From an uncultured Erysipelotrichaceae bacterium (GTDB lineage Bacteria > Bacillota_I > Bacilli_A > Erysipelotrichales > Erysipelotrichaceae), in the NCBI GenBank assembly GCA_902766005.1, contig CACXCB010000029.1, positions 539 through 64,538 on the forward strand: a DNA stretch of 64,000 nucleotides, written 5' to 3'. Positions within the stretch are counted from its first letter, which is position 1; every line of letters begins with the position of its first letter. This document shows positions 37,951-48,555 of the stretch, one piece after another. A program made the position numbers and the translations under genes. The notes beneath the pieces are model-generated. The model saw nothing but the letters and a program-made list of their open reading frames with translations. It ran no database searches and had not been told where the DNA came from.

Positions 37951-39006
37951 TTATTCTTCAATCAGTTTTTCATAAAACTGAATCATCTGCAGATTTGTAC
38001 CGGATGGATGAAACCCATACACATGAAATCCGTGCCAATAATTTTTTTCACACTGCAAAACAGGTAATACTGCCGCATAATCATAAACAGAAAGAATTAT
38101 CTTTTCCATCTGCTTAAAGGCTTGTGAATCCAGGCTGTAAGTGCCTTGTGATTCTTCCGCAAGTTTCAGATAACTCCCTTGCGTAATTGCTGCCTGATTT
38201 AAATGCGATAATACCTCTTCCATGTCTTTTGCGGCATGAACCGAAATAAGACTCCCCTGCCGTTCTATCGATGGATAAAACCAGTCCCTGACACCGGGGA
38301 TCAAAGTACAGGTATTCTGTATTGCCATGTTTTTATTGAGATGCCACTGCATGCGCAACCGCCACGGCAGAAACGGCATCATTTTTTTTACGGATAAAGC
38401 AGAAACCTCGCTGATCGAAGGCTGTATCTGTCCCCATTGCCAATCGCCTTGCGATTCAAGCAGAAGCGATGATTGGTCTCCGGTTGTAAGAAAAGCAAAC
38501 GGCTTTTCTTTCTCCAGCAGTTTTTCCTCTTTTCTGCCATCCTGTACAATAAAATCAATGTGATGATTACATGCGCGCAGCCATTTGCCGCATTCGATGC
38601 ATGCTTCTTCATGCATTTTTTTCTGACGGATGGCCACGATCCAGAAATCATTCTCCGGAATCGTATTCTTTCTGCTGAGGGACATGACTGCTTCAAATAC
38701 AGCATTGATCTGCTCCTCTTCACATGCATCGATCAGAATCGTTTGTTTCTTCCCGTGCAGGCCTGCCCAATGGAACAGGATACAATGGGATAATACATGT
38801 TTTTCCAAAAGGACAGAGGTTTCCGGCCACTTGACGGAAAGGATTCTTTCAAAGGCATGAATATCCTCTTCCACGATTTCTTCTTCCGCATCTTTCTGTG
38901 CTTCCGTTTTCTGTAAGGCAACCTTTGGCTTATAGGTCAGGATCATCATCATGCCGATCGCAATGAGAAAAATCAGAAAGATCATCGCATAACTTGCAAA
39001 TGTCAT
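37951..39006 (-). CDS. membrane-anchored hypothetical protein, possibly a degenerate M20 peptidase
   Basis: N-terminal TM; ILFHWAG...TILI, AVFEAV, IDFIVQDG echo the M20 carboxypeptidase-S layout without metal ligands. Confidence 0.55.
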   Translation of the reverse strand: MTFASYAMIFLIFLIAIGMMMILTYKPKVALQKTEAQKDAEEEIVEEDIHAFERILSVKWPETSVLLEKHVLSHCILFHWAGLHGKKQTILIDACEEEQINAVFEAVMSLSRKNTIPENDFWIVAIRQKKMHEEACIECGKWLRACNHHIDFIVQDGRKEEKLLEKEKPFAFLTTGDQSSLLLESQGDWQWGQIQPSISEVSALSVKKMMPFLPWRLRMQWHLNKNMAIQNTCTLIPGVRDWFYPSIERQGSLISVHAAKDMEEVLSHLNQAAITQGSYLKLAEESQGTYSLDSQAFKQMEKIILSVYDYAAVLPVLQCEKNYWHGFHVYGFHPSGTNLQMIQFYEKLIEE

Positions 39007-39686
39007 ACCATTCCCTCCAGTCTGTCAAAGCTGTCACGATCATCCAGATAAACCGGCGGTTTGACAATCATTTCGGATGCATTTCCGTATTGAAAACAGA
39101 ACAGTGCAGATTTTCCTTTACCGCCTTCCGTTTCATAAGCAATCTGCAGAATACGGGTAATAAACCCGTTTTCAAAAGCTGTCTGCATGATCCGGTTGAT
39201 TTGCGAAGCACGATGTACCAGATAAAATCTGCCGTTGGATTTCAACAGTCTTCTGACAGATGAAAAAAGATCTCCAAGCGACAAAAACTCTTCATGTCTT
39301 GCCGCTGCAATATACGGATTTGTGCTGACAAGATCTTTCTTTGGTGTAGAAAAATAAGGCGGATTACAGACAATGACATTGAACAAAGCGCCTTTGTAAT
39401 CCTGTACTCTTGTTTCAATCAGCTCAGCCTGAAGATGATGCATATCCAGATTCTTTCTGGCCACTTGCAGAACCTCGGGATATAAATCAATTCCTGTCAT
39501 GCTTTGGGGATTGAACCTTGCACCATAGAGTAACAATGCTCCGTTATTCGTACCGATATCAAGAAGAGATTCTTTTGATTTTATGCGCATGAACCTCCCT
39601 AAAAGTTCCGTATCGCTGTTACAGTGGTACATCCCCTCTTCCTGATAAATGGAATACTCTGTACCATTCAGATAATCAAGCTTCAT
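39003..39686 (-). CDS. tRNA1(Val) adenine37-N6 methyltransferase (TrmN6/YabB-like)
   Basis: LLDIGTNNG SAM motif, VCNPPYF, ARHE, FYLVHR. Confidence 0.88.
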   Translation of the reverse strand: MKLDYLNGTEYSIYQEEGMYHCNSDTELLGRFMRIKSKESLLDIGTNNGALLLYGARFNPQSMTGIDLYPEVLQVARKNLDMHHLQAELIETRVQDYKGALFNVIVCNPPYFSTPKKDLVSTNPYIAAARHEEFLSLGDLFSSVRRLLKSNGRFYLVHRASQINRIMQTAFENGFITRILQIAYETEGGKGKSALFCFQYGNASEMIVKPPVYLDDRDSFDRLEGMV

Positions 39687-41121
39687 GCGTTTCCCTCAAT
39701 TCAAACCAGAATGTGCTTCCTTTTCCTTTTTCCGTATCTACGCCATACAAAGCACCATGGCTGTCAAGAATGGCTTTGACAATGGCAAGACCGAGACCGG
39801 TGCTTGTCTGGTTTCTGGAAAAGGACTTGGAAGATTTCTGATAGCGGTCCCAGATATACGGAAGTTCTTCCTTGCTGATGCCTTCGCCTTCATCGCTGAC
39901 TTCCACACGGATGGTTTCCTCATCCTCCTTCATCCATGCCCTGACGGTAATGGTTCCTCCTTCAGGGGAATGCTTGATCGCATTGGAAAAATAGTTGGCG
40001 ATAACCTGGGATATCTTGATTTCATCTGCATATGCGGTAAGGGAATCCCCAACCTCCATCACCAGATTGATTTTCCCGGCTTCCAATAATGGTGCATCGA
40101 GTTCGGCAATTTCTTCAATCAGCTCGGCAATATCGATGTTTTCCCGTGAAAGTTCATAGTTGCCGGATTGCATTTGGGAAAGCTCGGACATGTCATTGAC
40201 AAGCCTGTTCATGTAATCCGTTTCCCTAATAATAACATCCAGGTGTTTCGCTCTTTTCTTCGGATCATCACCGGATATATCCAGGATCATCTCTGCATAT
40301 GCACGAATATCGGTCAAAGGCGTACGTATATCATGCGATACGTTGGCAATCAGATCCCTGCGCAATTCATCGATTTTTGACAGTTTGTCATTTGCGGCAT
40401 TCAATGTATCTGCAAGTTCCCTGGTTTCGGTGAATTCGCCACCGGAAAAGCTGGCACTGTAATCTGCCGCTGCAAGTTTCAAAGCTTCCTTATTCATATC
40501 GACAATCGGTTTCGTCAGTCGTGAAGAAATATACAGTGCAATAATACTAGCCAACACAATCGCACCGGCCGTATAAAAGGTATATTGCCTCGTAAAAATG
40601 GAAACGATCGAATCCACCGGCTCAAGGGGCGAATTGACAAACAGGTAGTAGTTGCTCAGCTCTTCTTCGATCTTTCTGCCGTAAACAATCATTTCCTGTC
40701 CTGTTCTGACATTCGTCATATTTGCGCTGTATTCTTTATCTCCTTCATTCAACAGCCGATAAACCTCATCAAAGGAAAATACGTCACCTGCCGTGTCAGC
40801 AGGCAAATGGAAAATACATCCTGCACCGAGGCTGTCGGCATCATAGATGTTCTTCCCTTTTTCGTTATAAATAGCGACACAGACATCGTTGTCCACGGCC
40901 CTGCGCAAGGCAATACTAAAAGAATCCGTCGTTGTATTTGTACCGACAAGATCTTCCTGAATCGAATCGGCAACCGTACGGATTGATTGTATTTTACTGT
41001 TGCGGTAATAAGGGCGTATCAGACCCGTCTGCAGCAATCCCAGCAATATGGTAATTCCCGAAGCAAGCAGGAAAAATGCCAGCCACAGACGAAACCGGAT
41101 GCCATGTATATCAAGCTTCAA
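39676..41121 (-). CDS. sensor histidine kinase (2 TM, HAMP, HisKA, HATPase)
   Basis: ANVSHDIRTPL, NAIKH, DEGEGI, TGLGLAI, GKGSTF. Confidence 0.95.
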   Translation of the reverse strand: MKLDIHGIRFRLWLAFFLLASGITILLGLLQTGLIRPYYRNSKIQSIRTVADSIQEDLVGTNTTTDSFSIALRRAVDNDVCVAIYNEKGKNIYDADSLGAGCIFHLPADTAGDVFSFDEVYRLLNEGDKEYSANMTNVRTGQEMIVYGRKIEEELSNYYLFVNSPLEPVDSIVSIFTRQYTFYTAGAIVLASIIALYISSRLTKPIVDMNKEALKLAAADYSASFSGGEFTETRELADTLNAANDKLSKIDELRRDLIANVSHDIRTPLTDIRAYAEMILDISGDDPKKRAKHLDVIIRETDYMNRLVNDMSELSQMQSGNYELSRENIDIAELIEEIAELDAPLLEAGKINLVMEVGDSLTAYADEIKISQVIANYFSNAIKHSPEGGTITVRAWMKEDEETIRVEVSDEGEGISKEELPYIWDRYQKSSKSFSRNQTSTGLGLAIVKAILDSHGALYGVDTEKGKGSTFWFELRETHEA

Positions 41122-41782
41122 ATTTATACCCCATTCCTCTTACGGTGACAATGCAGTTGCGGTATTTTCCAAGGTTGTGGCGCAGCATTTTGACATGTGT
41201 GTCAACCGTGCGGTCATCACCGAAGTAATCATAATTCCAGACTTCGGATAACAGCTTCTGGCGGGACAAGGCAATTTTCGGATGAGAGGCAAAATAGATC
41301 AAGAGATCAATTTCCTTAGGAGTTAACGGCGCCTTTTCCCCATCTACCGTCACGACTCTGCCCAATATATCAATTTCCAGTCCGCCGAACTTCATGATTT
41401 CCTTATCGGCATGTGCACGGTTTCTTTCCAGGACAACCTTGATCCTTGCCATCAGCTCCTTTGGCGAAAACGGTTTGACAACATAGTCATCAACCCCAAG
41501 CTCAAACCCGAAGAGCTTGTCATATTCCTCCTGTCTTGCACTCAGGATGATAATCGGAATATTCGCGACTTTCTTGATCTCCCTGCATGAGGCAAAACCG
41601 TCCATGCGCGGCATCATGACATCAAGTATCACACAGTCATAATGCGTCTCTCTGACCATCTGTAATGCTTCATATCCATCTGAGGCTTCATCTGCCTCAT
41701 AGCCATTGATTTCACAGTATTCCCGGACGACTTCACGGATATTGGCTTCATCGTCCGCAATCAGTATTCTTGCCATAGTCAC
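41111..41782 (-). CDS. OmpR-family response regulator
   Basis: ILIADDE, LDVMMP, DDYVVKPF, RTVDTHVKMLR, TVRGMGY. Confidence 0.96.
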   Translation of the reverse strand: MTMARILIADDEANIREVVREYCEINGYEADEASDGYEALQMVRETHYDCVILDVMMPRMDGFASCREIKKVANIPIIILSARQEEYDKLFGFELGVDDYVVKPFSPKELMARIKVVLERNRAHADKEIMKFGGLEIDILGRVVTVDGEKAPLTPKEIDLLIYFASHPKIALSRQKLLSEVWNYDYFGDDRTVDTHVKMLRHNLGKYRNCIVTVRGMGYKFEA

Positions 41783-44700
41783 TCACTTTTCTTTATGATC
41801 CGGATCTTTAATGCACGCATCGATCCGTCCTCATTTATTTTAGCACGAAAGCGCAGATATGTGCCACGCACCATCATTCCTGCATTCTGTTTATAGAGGT
41901 CCGGCATTACTGCGATATCCGCCTGTCCCGTTTCATCGGATACTTTGAGAAATGCCATCATGTCTCCGTATTTTGTACGGTGCGTATGCACGCCTGTGAT
42001 AACACCGAATCCGGTTACCTCTCCTTTTCTGCCGACAAAAGAAGCTATGGATGGATCGTCTATCCCATAATTCTGACGCATGATCTGCACCGGGTGATCG
42101 GACAAATGAAATCCGAGGGCTTCCTTTTCCCTTTCGCTTCTTTCTTCGACAGTTTCTTTCATTTTGACAAGAACCGGTTTGGAAACTAGATCGAGATCCA
42201 GCACAATTGCATTGCCTTCATGAATCTGCACAAGATCGCCATAGCGCATCGCCTCCTCCAAACCTTCCCGCATGGTTTTGCGGTTTTCCTGCAGACAATC
42301 CAACGCACCTGCATCAATCAGTGTTTCCATCGTACTCCGGTTGATCTTCAATGCCATTGCCCTGGCGACAAAATCAAAGAAATCTGTAAACAGCCCTCTG
42401 TCCGCACGATCCTCCATCAGCAGCTGTGAAACATGTGTGCCAATCCCCTTGATCACGGAAAGAGGAAGGATAATCCCTTTATCGAAGCGCTCGCTGCCGG
42501 TACCGGAACGGTTGACATCCGGAGGCAGAATCTGAATACCACGGCGGCGGCATTCATCCACATACAGTGATGTTTTCACGCTGTCCCCGATTGCCCCGTC
42601 AAGAAGGCTGACATAGAAATATAACGGATACCTTGCTTTCAGATATCCCATCTGGTAACATACCAGCCCATAGGCTACCGCATGCGATTTGTTGAAACCA
42701 TAACCGCCGAAACGGTCCACAAGATCAAAGAGTTCATGTGCCTTTGCTTCGGTATAGCCGTTGCGCAGGCAACCTTTGATGAAATCCTCCTGCAGGTTGG
42801 CCAGCTCTTTTTCATTCTTCTTGGACATGGCTTTGCGTAACACATCTGCTTTGGCAAGCGTAAAGCCTGCCGCAATCCTTGCGGTAAGCATCGCCTGTTC
42901 CTGATAGATCATGACGCCATAAGTCTCTTTCAATACAGGTTCAAGCTCCTCTGCAACATAGGTAATCCTGTCAGGTTCTTTTTTGTTTGCCACATAGAGG
43001 GGAATATTGTCCTTGGAGGCGGGACGATACAGTGCCAGACAGGCAACGATATCGTCAAAACATGCCGGTTCCATCCGTCTCAGCAGGCTCTTCATGCCTT
43101 CCGATTCAAACTGGAATACGCCGAGCGTATCCGCTTTGGCAAACAGCCTGAATGTCTCTCTGTCATCAAGCGGAATATCCATCAGGCGGAATGAAGGATC
43201 GTCTTTCTGAATGGATTTGACGATATCATCGATAATGGTCAGGTTCCGCAAACCGAGAAAATCCATCTTGATCAAGCCTCTTTCCTCAAGATATTCCATC
43301 GTATACTGGCTTGTGCTGATTCCTTCATCCATGCGGATTGTCGGAATCACCTCTTTTAAAGGCTTGCTCGAAAGAACGATTCCGGCTGCATGGATGGAAG
43401 AATGCCTGGGCAAACCTTCAATTTTTGCCGCCATCTCATACAGTATCTGGTTATTGCGGCTGGCCATCACCGCTTTTTTAAATTTTGCATTATTCTCAAA
43501 AGCCTGCTGCAGGGTTGTATTAGCAGCGTTTCCAAGTGCCTTTAAAACCGTATCAACATCCCTCTGGTTCATGTTCATGGTTCTGGCAACATCGCGGATC
43601 ACCTGTCTTGCACCAAGAGTGCCGAATGTAATGATATTGGCAACATGGTCCTGTCCGTATGTATCCACGACATAACGGATCACTTCCTGTCTGCGGTTAT
43701 CCGGTATATCCGTATCGATATCCGGCATGGACACTCTGTCCGGATTCAGAAATCTTTCAAAAAGGAGATGGTATTTCAATGGGTCAATCTGGGTGATCCC
43801 AAGACAATACGCCACCAGTGAGCCGGCTGCGCTGCCCCTGCCCGGACCGACAAGAATATCCTGTTTCCTTGCATAGCGGATAAAGTCATACACAATCAGA
43901 AAATAATCTTCAAAATGCATTTTCAGGATAATATCGAGCTCATAGCGGAGTCTTGACTGATATTGTTGCGTCACTCTTCCGTTCAGCCTTTTCTGTAATC
44001 CCGCCTGACACAGGCGAACCAGATATTCCTTTGAGGAAACATCGTATTTCCCCTGAAAAGCGGGCAAACCTGTTTTTTCAACCATTCCATCAGCATTACA
44101 CTGCCTGGCAATCGTTTCCGTTCTTTCAAGCTCTTCCGGCTCATAGAGATCTGCCATTTCTTTGAGTGACAAAAAATATCTGCCTGTCAGCTGTGGCAGT
44201 GAACTGTCATTGACCATCTTGTTCAGACGGATTGCGTTGAGTATGTGATAGCTGCTCACATCTTCCTTTTCAAGATAGTAGATCTTATTTAACGCAACGA
44301 CAGGAATGGACAATCTTGTCGCAATATTCTTTAGGATTTTATTGCGCATTTTCCATAAAGATGCATCCTGATAAGACAGGGCAACATCAAAAGGAGGCAG
44401 CTCTTTTTTCATGATGGAAAGCTTTTCGTAAACCTGCTCACGGTTGTCATTGACCAGTTCGCTGTCCATCCATCCCCCTTCGCCATAAGCGATAATAAAA
44501 CAATGAGAACTGTACCGTTTGAAATCTTCAAAGGAAACTGCTTCTTCCTCATTATTGAGCATACTGGAAAGAATCATCAGATTGGCATATCCGGCATTAT
44601 CCTTCGCCAGCAAGAGAAACAAAACCTTCTCCTCATGATACAAAACCGTTACCTGCAAGCCGATAATCCCCTTGATGCCCTCTTTCTCACAAGCTTTCAA

Positions 44701-44844
44701 AAAGGCAGGTATGCCATGCATCACATGAAAATCTGTCAGAGCGACAGCATTGTATCCGTATTCCTTTGTTTTTTTCACAAGTGCTTCAATACGTACTGTG
44801 CTTTGCAGAAGCGTATAGGCACTTTGCACAAACAGATGAACCAT
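41779..44844 (-). CDS. dnaE: DNA polymerase III alpha subunit DnaE
   Basis: GPGRGSAAGS, PDIDTD, KMDFLGL, GYGFNKSH; degenerate PHP domain. Confidence 0.97.
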   Translation of the reverse strand: MVHLFVQSAYTLLQSTVRIEALVKKTKEYGYNAVALTDFHVMHGIPAFLKACEKEGIKGIIGLQVTVLYHEEKVLFLLLAKDNAGYANLMILSSMLNNEEEAVSFEDFKRYSSHCFIIAYGEGGWMDSELVNDNREQVYEKLSIMKKELPPFDVALSYQDASLWKMRNKILKNIATRLSIPVVALNKIYYLEKEDVSSYHILNAIRLNKMVNDSSLPQLTGRYFLSLKEMADLYEPEELERTETIARQCNADGMVEKTGLPAFQGKYDVSSKEYLVRLCQAGLQKRLNGRVTQQYQSRLRYELDIILKMHFEDYFLIVYDFIRYARKQDILVGPGRGSAAGSLVAYCLGITQIDPLKYHLLFERFLNPDRVSMPDIDTDIPDNRRQEVIRYVVDTYGQDHVANIITFGTLGARQVIRDVARTMNMNQRDVDTVLKALGNAANTTLQQAFENNAKFKKAVMASRNNQILYEMAAKIEGLPRHSSIHAAGIVLSSKPLKEVIPTIRMDEGISTSQYTMEYLEERGLIKMDFLGLRNLTIIDDIVKSIQKDDPSFRLMDIPLDDRETFRLFAKADTLGVFQFESEGMKSLLRRMEPACFDDIVACLALYRPASKDNIPLYVANKKEPDRITYVAEELEPVLKETYGVMIYQEQAMLTARIAAGFTLAKADVLRKAMSKKNEKELANLQEDFIKGCLRNGYTEAKAHELFDLVDRFGGYGFNKSHAVAYGLVCYQMGYLKARYPLYFYVSLLDGAIGDSVKTSLYVDECRRRGIQILPPDVNRSGTGSERFDKGIILPLSVIKGIGTHVSQLLMEDRADRGLFTDFFDFVARAMALKINRSTMETLIDAGALDCLQENRKTMREGLEEAMRYGDLVQIHEGNAIVLDLDLVSKPVLVKMKETVEERSEREKEALGFHLSDHPVQIMRQNYGIDDPSIASFVGRKGEVTGFGVITGVHTHRTKYGDMMAFLKVSDETGQADIAVMPDLYKQNAGMMVRGTYLRFRAKINEDGSMRALKIRIIKKSE

Positions 44845-44949
44845 ACAGCTATTATATAACAGATTAAAAGATTATGAATATTCAAAAAGGTTTAAGAGTT
44901 ATCTGTCCAAATTTGTGATATTATATCATGGTTATACAGGGGGAACTGT

Positions 44950-47520
44950 ATGGAAGAAATGAAAAAGAGCGCGCCGGAACTGGCTGAAGATACAAAAAAA
45001 CAAATCAAAAACAGAAAAAGAGCAAGGCGAAGGGTCATCTTTCGCAGAGTCGTAACCTGCATTCTTGCTTTTTTTGTCCTGATTGAACTGGCCGTCGGTT
45101 ATCTCGGCTTACGCTATACAAAAAAACTGCTTGTCGGCATGCCGACATTGAACGTACAGGATTTTATCAGTGAGGAATCCTCAAGAATCTTTGATTCACG
45201 TGGAGAACTGCTGACGGAAATCGGCACATATTATCGTGAAAACATCACCTATGAGGACTGCCCGGAATCTTTGATCGATGCATTTCTGGCAACAGAGGAT
45301 TCCCGCTATTTCCAGCATAACGGATTCGATGTTCCCCGTTTTACCAAAGCGGTGTTTGAAACCTTTGCCAAGCACAACATGCAGGGCGGCTCCACCTTCA
45401 CCATGCAGTTGGTCAAGAATACTTACTTCTCGATTGATGCGGGTGATGAAAGTGTCGAACGTGATGCAACCATCCAGTATAAAGTACAGCAGATCATCCT
45501 CGCAATGCAGCTGGAAATGAAGGTCAACAAGAAGAGAATCTTCGAGCTTTATATCAACAAGCTGAACTTCGGTGACCGTATCCGCGGCGTACAGAAAGCT
45601 GCCGAATACTATTTCGGCAAGAATGTCCGTGAGCTGAATCTTTCCGAATCTGCCCTTCTTGCCGGCATCATCAACCTGCCGAACGGTTATAACCCGTACC
45701 ATTTCCTCGACGCGGCTACCGCAAGACGAAATGAAGTGCTTGGATACATGCTGATGCATGGTTATATCACCGAAGAAGAGGAAAAACTGGCAAGAGCCAT
45801 CAAGGTTGAAGATCAGCTTGTCGGCCAAGATCAGCTGAATGTTGAAAAAACGGTTTATCCGGAATATGTCGATGTTGTTATCGAGGAAGCACAGAAAGTC
45901 ACGGGATTTGATCCTGTCACAAAGGGAATGGATATTTACACAGCATTAAATCCGCAGATCCAGGATCAGGTGGAAGCGATTGAAGCCGGTGAGACAAGCG
46001 TCTCCTTCCCTGATGATCTGATGCAGGTCGCCATGGTATGCATGAACAATCAGAATGGTGAAGTTGTCGCTATCGGAGGCGGCAGAAACTATGGTGATAA
46101 CGGCGGATCACGTCTGCTGAACAGAGCTACCAGCCAATACAAGCAGCCGGGCTCTTCCGTCAAGCCCTTCCTGGATTATGCCCTGGCTTTTGAATATCTC
46201 GGCTATTCCATAGATGAAATCCTTCTGGATAAGCCGATCACCTTCCCGGGTGAAAGCAGAGTCTTAGTCAACTTCAATGGCGAATACATGGGTGATGTTA
46301 CCATCAAGGAAGCGGTGGCAAGATCATTAAATATCCCTGCAATTCTTACCCTCGAAAATGTTGTCGCTAAAATCGGCAGTGAAAAAGTTGTTGATTATCT
46401 CAACACCATCGGTCTTTCCAGGGCAAACGATGAAGAATTCCATATGTCCTACGCTATCGGCGGTAACCTGTTAGAAACAACCGTCATGGAAATGGCCGGT
46501 GCCCATGCCGCATTGATTAATCTTGGCACATACAACCAGCCTCATACGATTACCAGAATTGAAATGTCAACCGGCGAGATCATTTCCCCGCCGAATCAGA
46601 ATATCGATGTATTGTCCAGCGGCAGTGCTTATCTTGCAGACCTGCTGATGCAGAATAACGTTGAAGGCGGCATTTACAACTACATGCAGATTCTGAAAAG
46701 ATCCTATCCGGTATATGCAAAAACTGGTACAACCGACTGGGGAACAGACGGAAAACCTTACGGTATTCCGGAAGGTGCCGCAAAAGACAAATGGATGATT
46801 TCCAGCACATCGCAATATACAAATGCCGTATGGATCGGCTATGACATGGCAGTCAAAAACGAAGGTACATATTTCCCTGCATGGAAGAGTGCATTGAATA
46901 TTCCGGGCAGGGTCAACAGCCTGCTTCTCGATATTGAGGCGGAAATGTCACCTGACACCCTTGGCGGTGTGCAGAAGCCGGAAGATGTAGTGGATGTGCG
47001 CTATATCAGAGGCACATATCCGCATGTGATTTCCGACAATGATTCCGGCAGCATGATTACCTCCATGGTATCCGAAACCGGTTTGCAAAACCAGCCGATG
47101 GTATCTTCCAGTGCATACACGAAAGGCATTCCGGAATTATCCGGCTTTGCTGCTTCGGTATCCAATGGTCTGGTATACATGAGCTGGTATACCCAGGAAG
47201 GATGCAACGGCGGAGAGGAAGGCGGAAGAAATATTTCCCTCCATGATCCATGGAACGATATTGATATGTATGGTTCCTGTCTTGTGGATACATCCTGGCT
47301 CAATGGTTCCCGCAACAAATATATAGCTGATATTTATCAGGATGACGAATATGTCACAACAGTCACTTCCGATCACAAGGACTATGCGGGCCTGCCCTAC
47401 CGTTTTACAGGAGAAGTCAAAGCATGCGGCTATTTCACCAACGGACGCGGCACCAGCGATACGATCTGTACTTCCATGGGCTACTTCAATGCCGATGAAG
47501 CAGAAGCTGAAGGAGAATAA
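44950..47520 (+). CDS. ponA: class A penicillin-binding protein (PBP1A)
   Basis: TEDSRYFQHNG and GGSTFTMQLVKN transglycosylase motifs; SSVK, SLN and KTGT transpeptidase motifs. Confidence 0.92.
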   Translation: MEEMKKSAPELAEDTKKQIKNRKRARRRVIFRRVVTCILAFFVLIELAVGYLGLRYTKKLLVGMPTLNVQDFISEESSRIFDSRGELLTEIGTYYRENITYEDCPESLIDAFLATEDSRYFQHNGFDVPRFTKAVFETFAKHNMQGGSTFTMQLVKNTYFSIDAGDESVERDATIQYKVQQIILAMQLEMKVNKKRIFELYINKLNFGDRIRGVQKAAEYYFGKNVRELNLSESALLAGIINLPNGYNPYHFLDAATARRNEVLGYMLMHGYITEEEEKLARAIKVEDQLVGQDQLNVEKTVYPEYVDVVIEEAQKVTGFDPVTKGMDIYTALNPQIQDQVEAIEAGETSVSFPDDLMQVAMVCMNNQNGEVVAIGGGRNYGDNGGSRLLNRATSQYKQPGSSVKPFLDYALAFEYLGYSIDEILLDKPITFPGESRVLVNFNGEYMGDVTIKEAVARSLNIPAILTLENVVAKIGSEKVVDYLNTIGLSRANDEEFHMSYAIGGNLLETTVMEMAGAHAALINLGTYNQPHTITRIEMSTGEIISPPNQNIDVLSSGSAYLADLLMQNNVEGGIYNYMQILKRSYPVYAKTGTTDWGTDGKPYGIPEGAAKDKWMISSTSQYTNAVWIGYDMAVKNEGTYFPAWKSALNIPGRVNSLLLDIEAEMSPDTLGGVQKPEDVVDVRYIRGTYPHVISDNDSGSMITSMVSETGLQNQPMVSSSAYTKGIPELSGFAASVSNGLVYMSWYTQEGCNGGEEGGRNISLHDPWNDIDMYGSCLVDTSWLNGSRNKYIADIYQDDEYVTTVTSDHKDYAGLPYRFTGEVKACGYFTNGRGTSDTICTSMGYFNADEAEAEGE

Positions 47521-47552
47521 AAAAGGCTTGTTCGATTGAACAAGCTTTTTTT
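47521..47552. terminator. bidirectional terminator
   Basis: AAAAGGCTTGTTC-gatt-GAACAAGCTTTTTT between convergent genes. Confidence 0.85.
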
Positions 47553-48555
47553 ATTGATACGCATCCATGCCTTCGGATTTTAATTCTCTTGCCATCAGGC
47601 TCATGATGGCTTCTTCGGGTTTCTTTCCTTCGTATAAAACCTGATATACCTCATTGGTAATCGGCATCTCTATGCCCTGCTTTTTTGCTTCCTCATAAAC
47701 AACTTTGCAAGACAATACGCCTTCTACCGTCTTCTTATTTTCCTTCAGGAATCTCTCTGCTGAACCATCCTTACCGATCTGGTATCCGGCCATGAAATTA
47801 CGGGAATGGCGGGATGTGCACGTAACGATCAGATCCCCGACGCCATCCAGTCCGAGATATGTCTCTTCCTTACCGCCCTGGCTTATGCCGAAGCGTGTCA
47901 TTTCCGCAAGGCCTCGTGTCATCAATGCTGCTTTGGCATTATCACCCTGGCCTACCCCTTCGAGGATACCGCTGGCAATTGCCATAATATTCTTCACAGC
48001 AACACCGATTTCTGCACCGATGACATCCGTATTGCGGTATACCCTGAAGTAGTGATTGGAAAATAGCTTCTGGATGGTTTTAGCTGCCTCTTCATCCTCG
48101 CTTACCGCATTGACAACTGTCAGCTTGCGCAGGATGACTTCCTCCGCATGGGATGGTCCGATCAAAGATACGACTGCTTTGCAGAAGGAAGGATCCACCA
48201 TTTCATGAATCACAACACTCAGTCTCTGATGGGTTACCGGATGGAAGCCTTTTGCGACATTGATAATAATGGCAGGCTTGGCAAGATATTCCCTGGCTTT
48301 TTTCAATACATCCTCAAGGGCGATTACAGGAACTGCACATAATAATACGTCGGCATCCTTTACGATAGAGAGATCCGTTGACGCTTTCAAATTCTCATTG
48401 ATTTCACATTCGAAATACTTCTTGTTGCAATGGTGATTGATGTCATCCACTTCCCGGGGATCTATGCCCCATTGCATAACATCACAACCGTTATCGGCAA
48501 GAACCTGTGCCAGGGCTGTACCCCAGCTTCCTGTTCCCAATACTCTGACAATCAT
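47551..48555 (-). CDS. gpsA: NAD(P)H-dependent glycerol-3-phosphate dehydrogenase
   Basis: [34 protein letters not shown]. Confidence 0.96.
   Translation of the reverse strand: MIVRVLGTGSWGTALAQVLADNGCDVMQWGIDPREVDDINHHCNKKYFECEINENLKASTDLSIVKDADVLLCAVPVIALEDVLKKAREYLAKPAIIINVAKGFHPVTHQRLSVVIHEMVDPSFCKAVVSLIGPSHAEEVILRKLTVVNAVSEDEEAAKTIQKLFSNHYFRVYRNTDVIGAEIGVAVKNIMAIASGILEGVGQGDNAKAALMTRGLAEMTRFGISQGGKEETYLGLDGVGDLIVTCTSRHSRNFMAGYQIGKDGSAERFLKENKKTVEGVLSCKVVYEEAKKQGIEMPITNEVYQVLYEGKKPEEAIMSLMARELKSEGMDAYQ

Noticed and set aside
44400-44844. degenerate PHP metal ligands in DnaE
   Set aside because: expected for DnaE of PolC-containing low-GC Gram-positives
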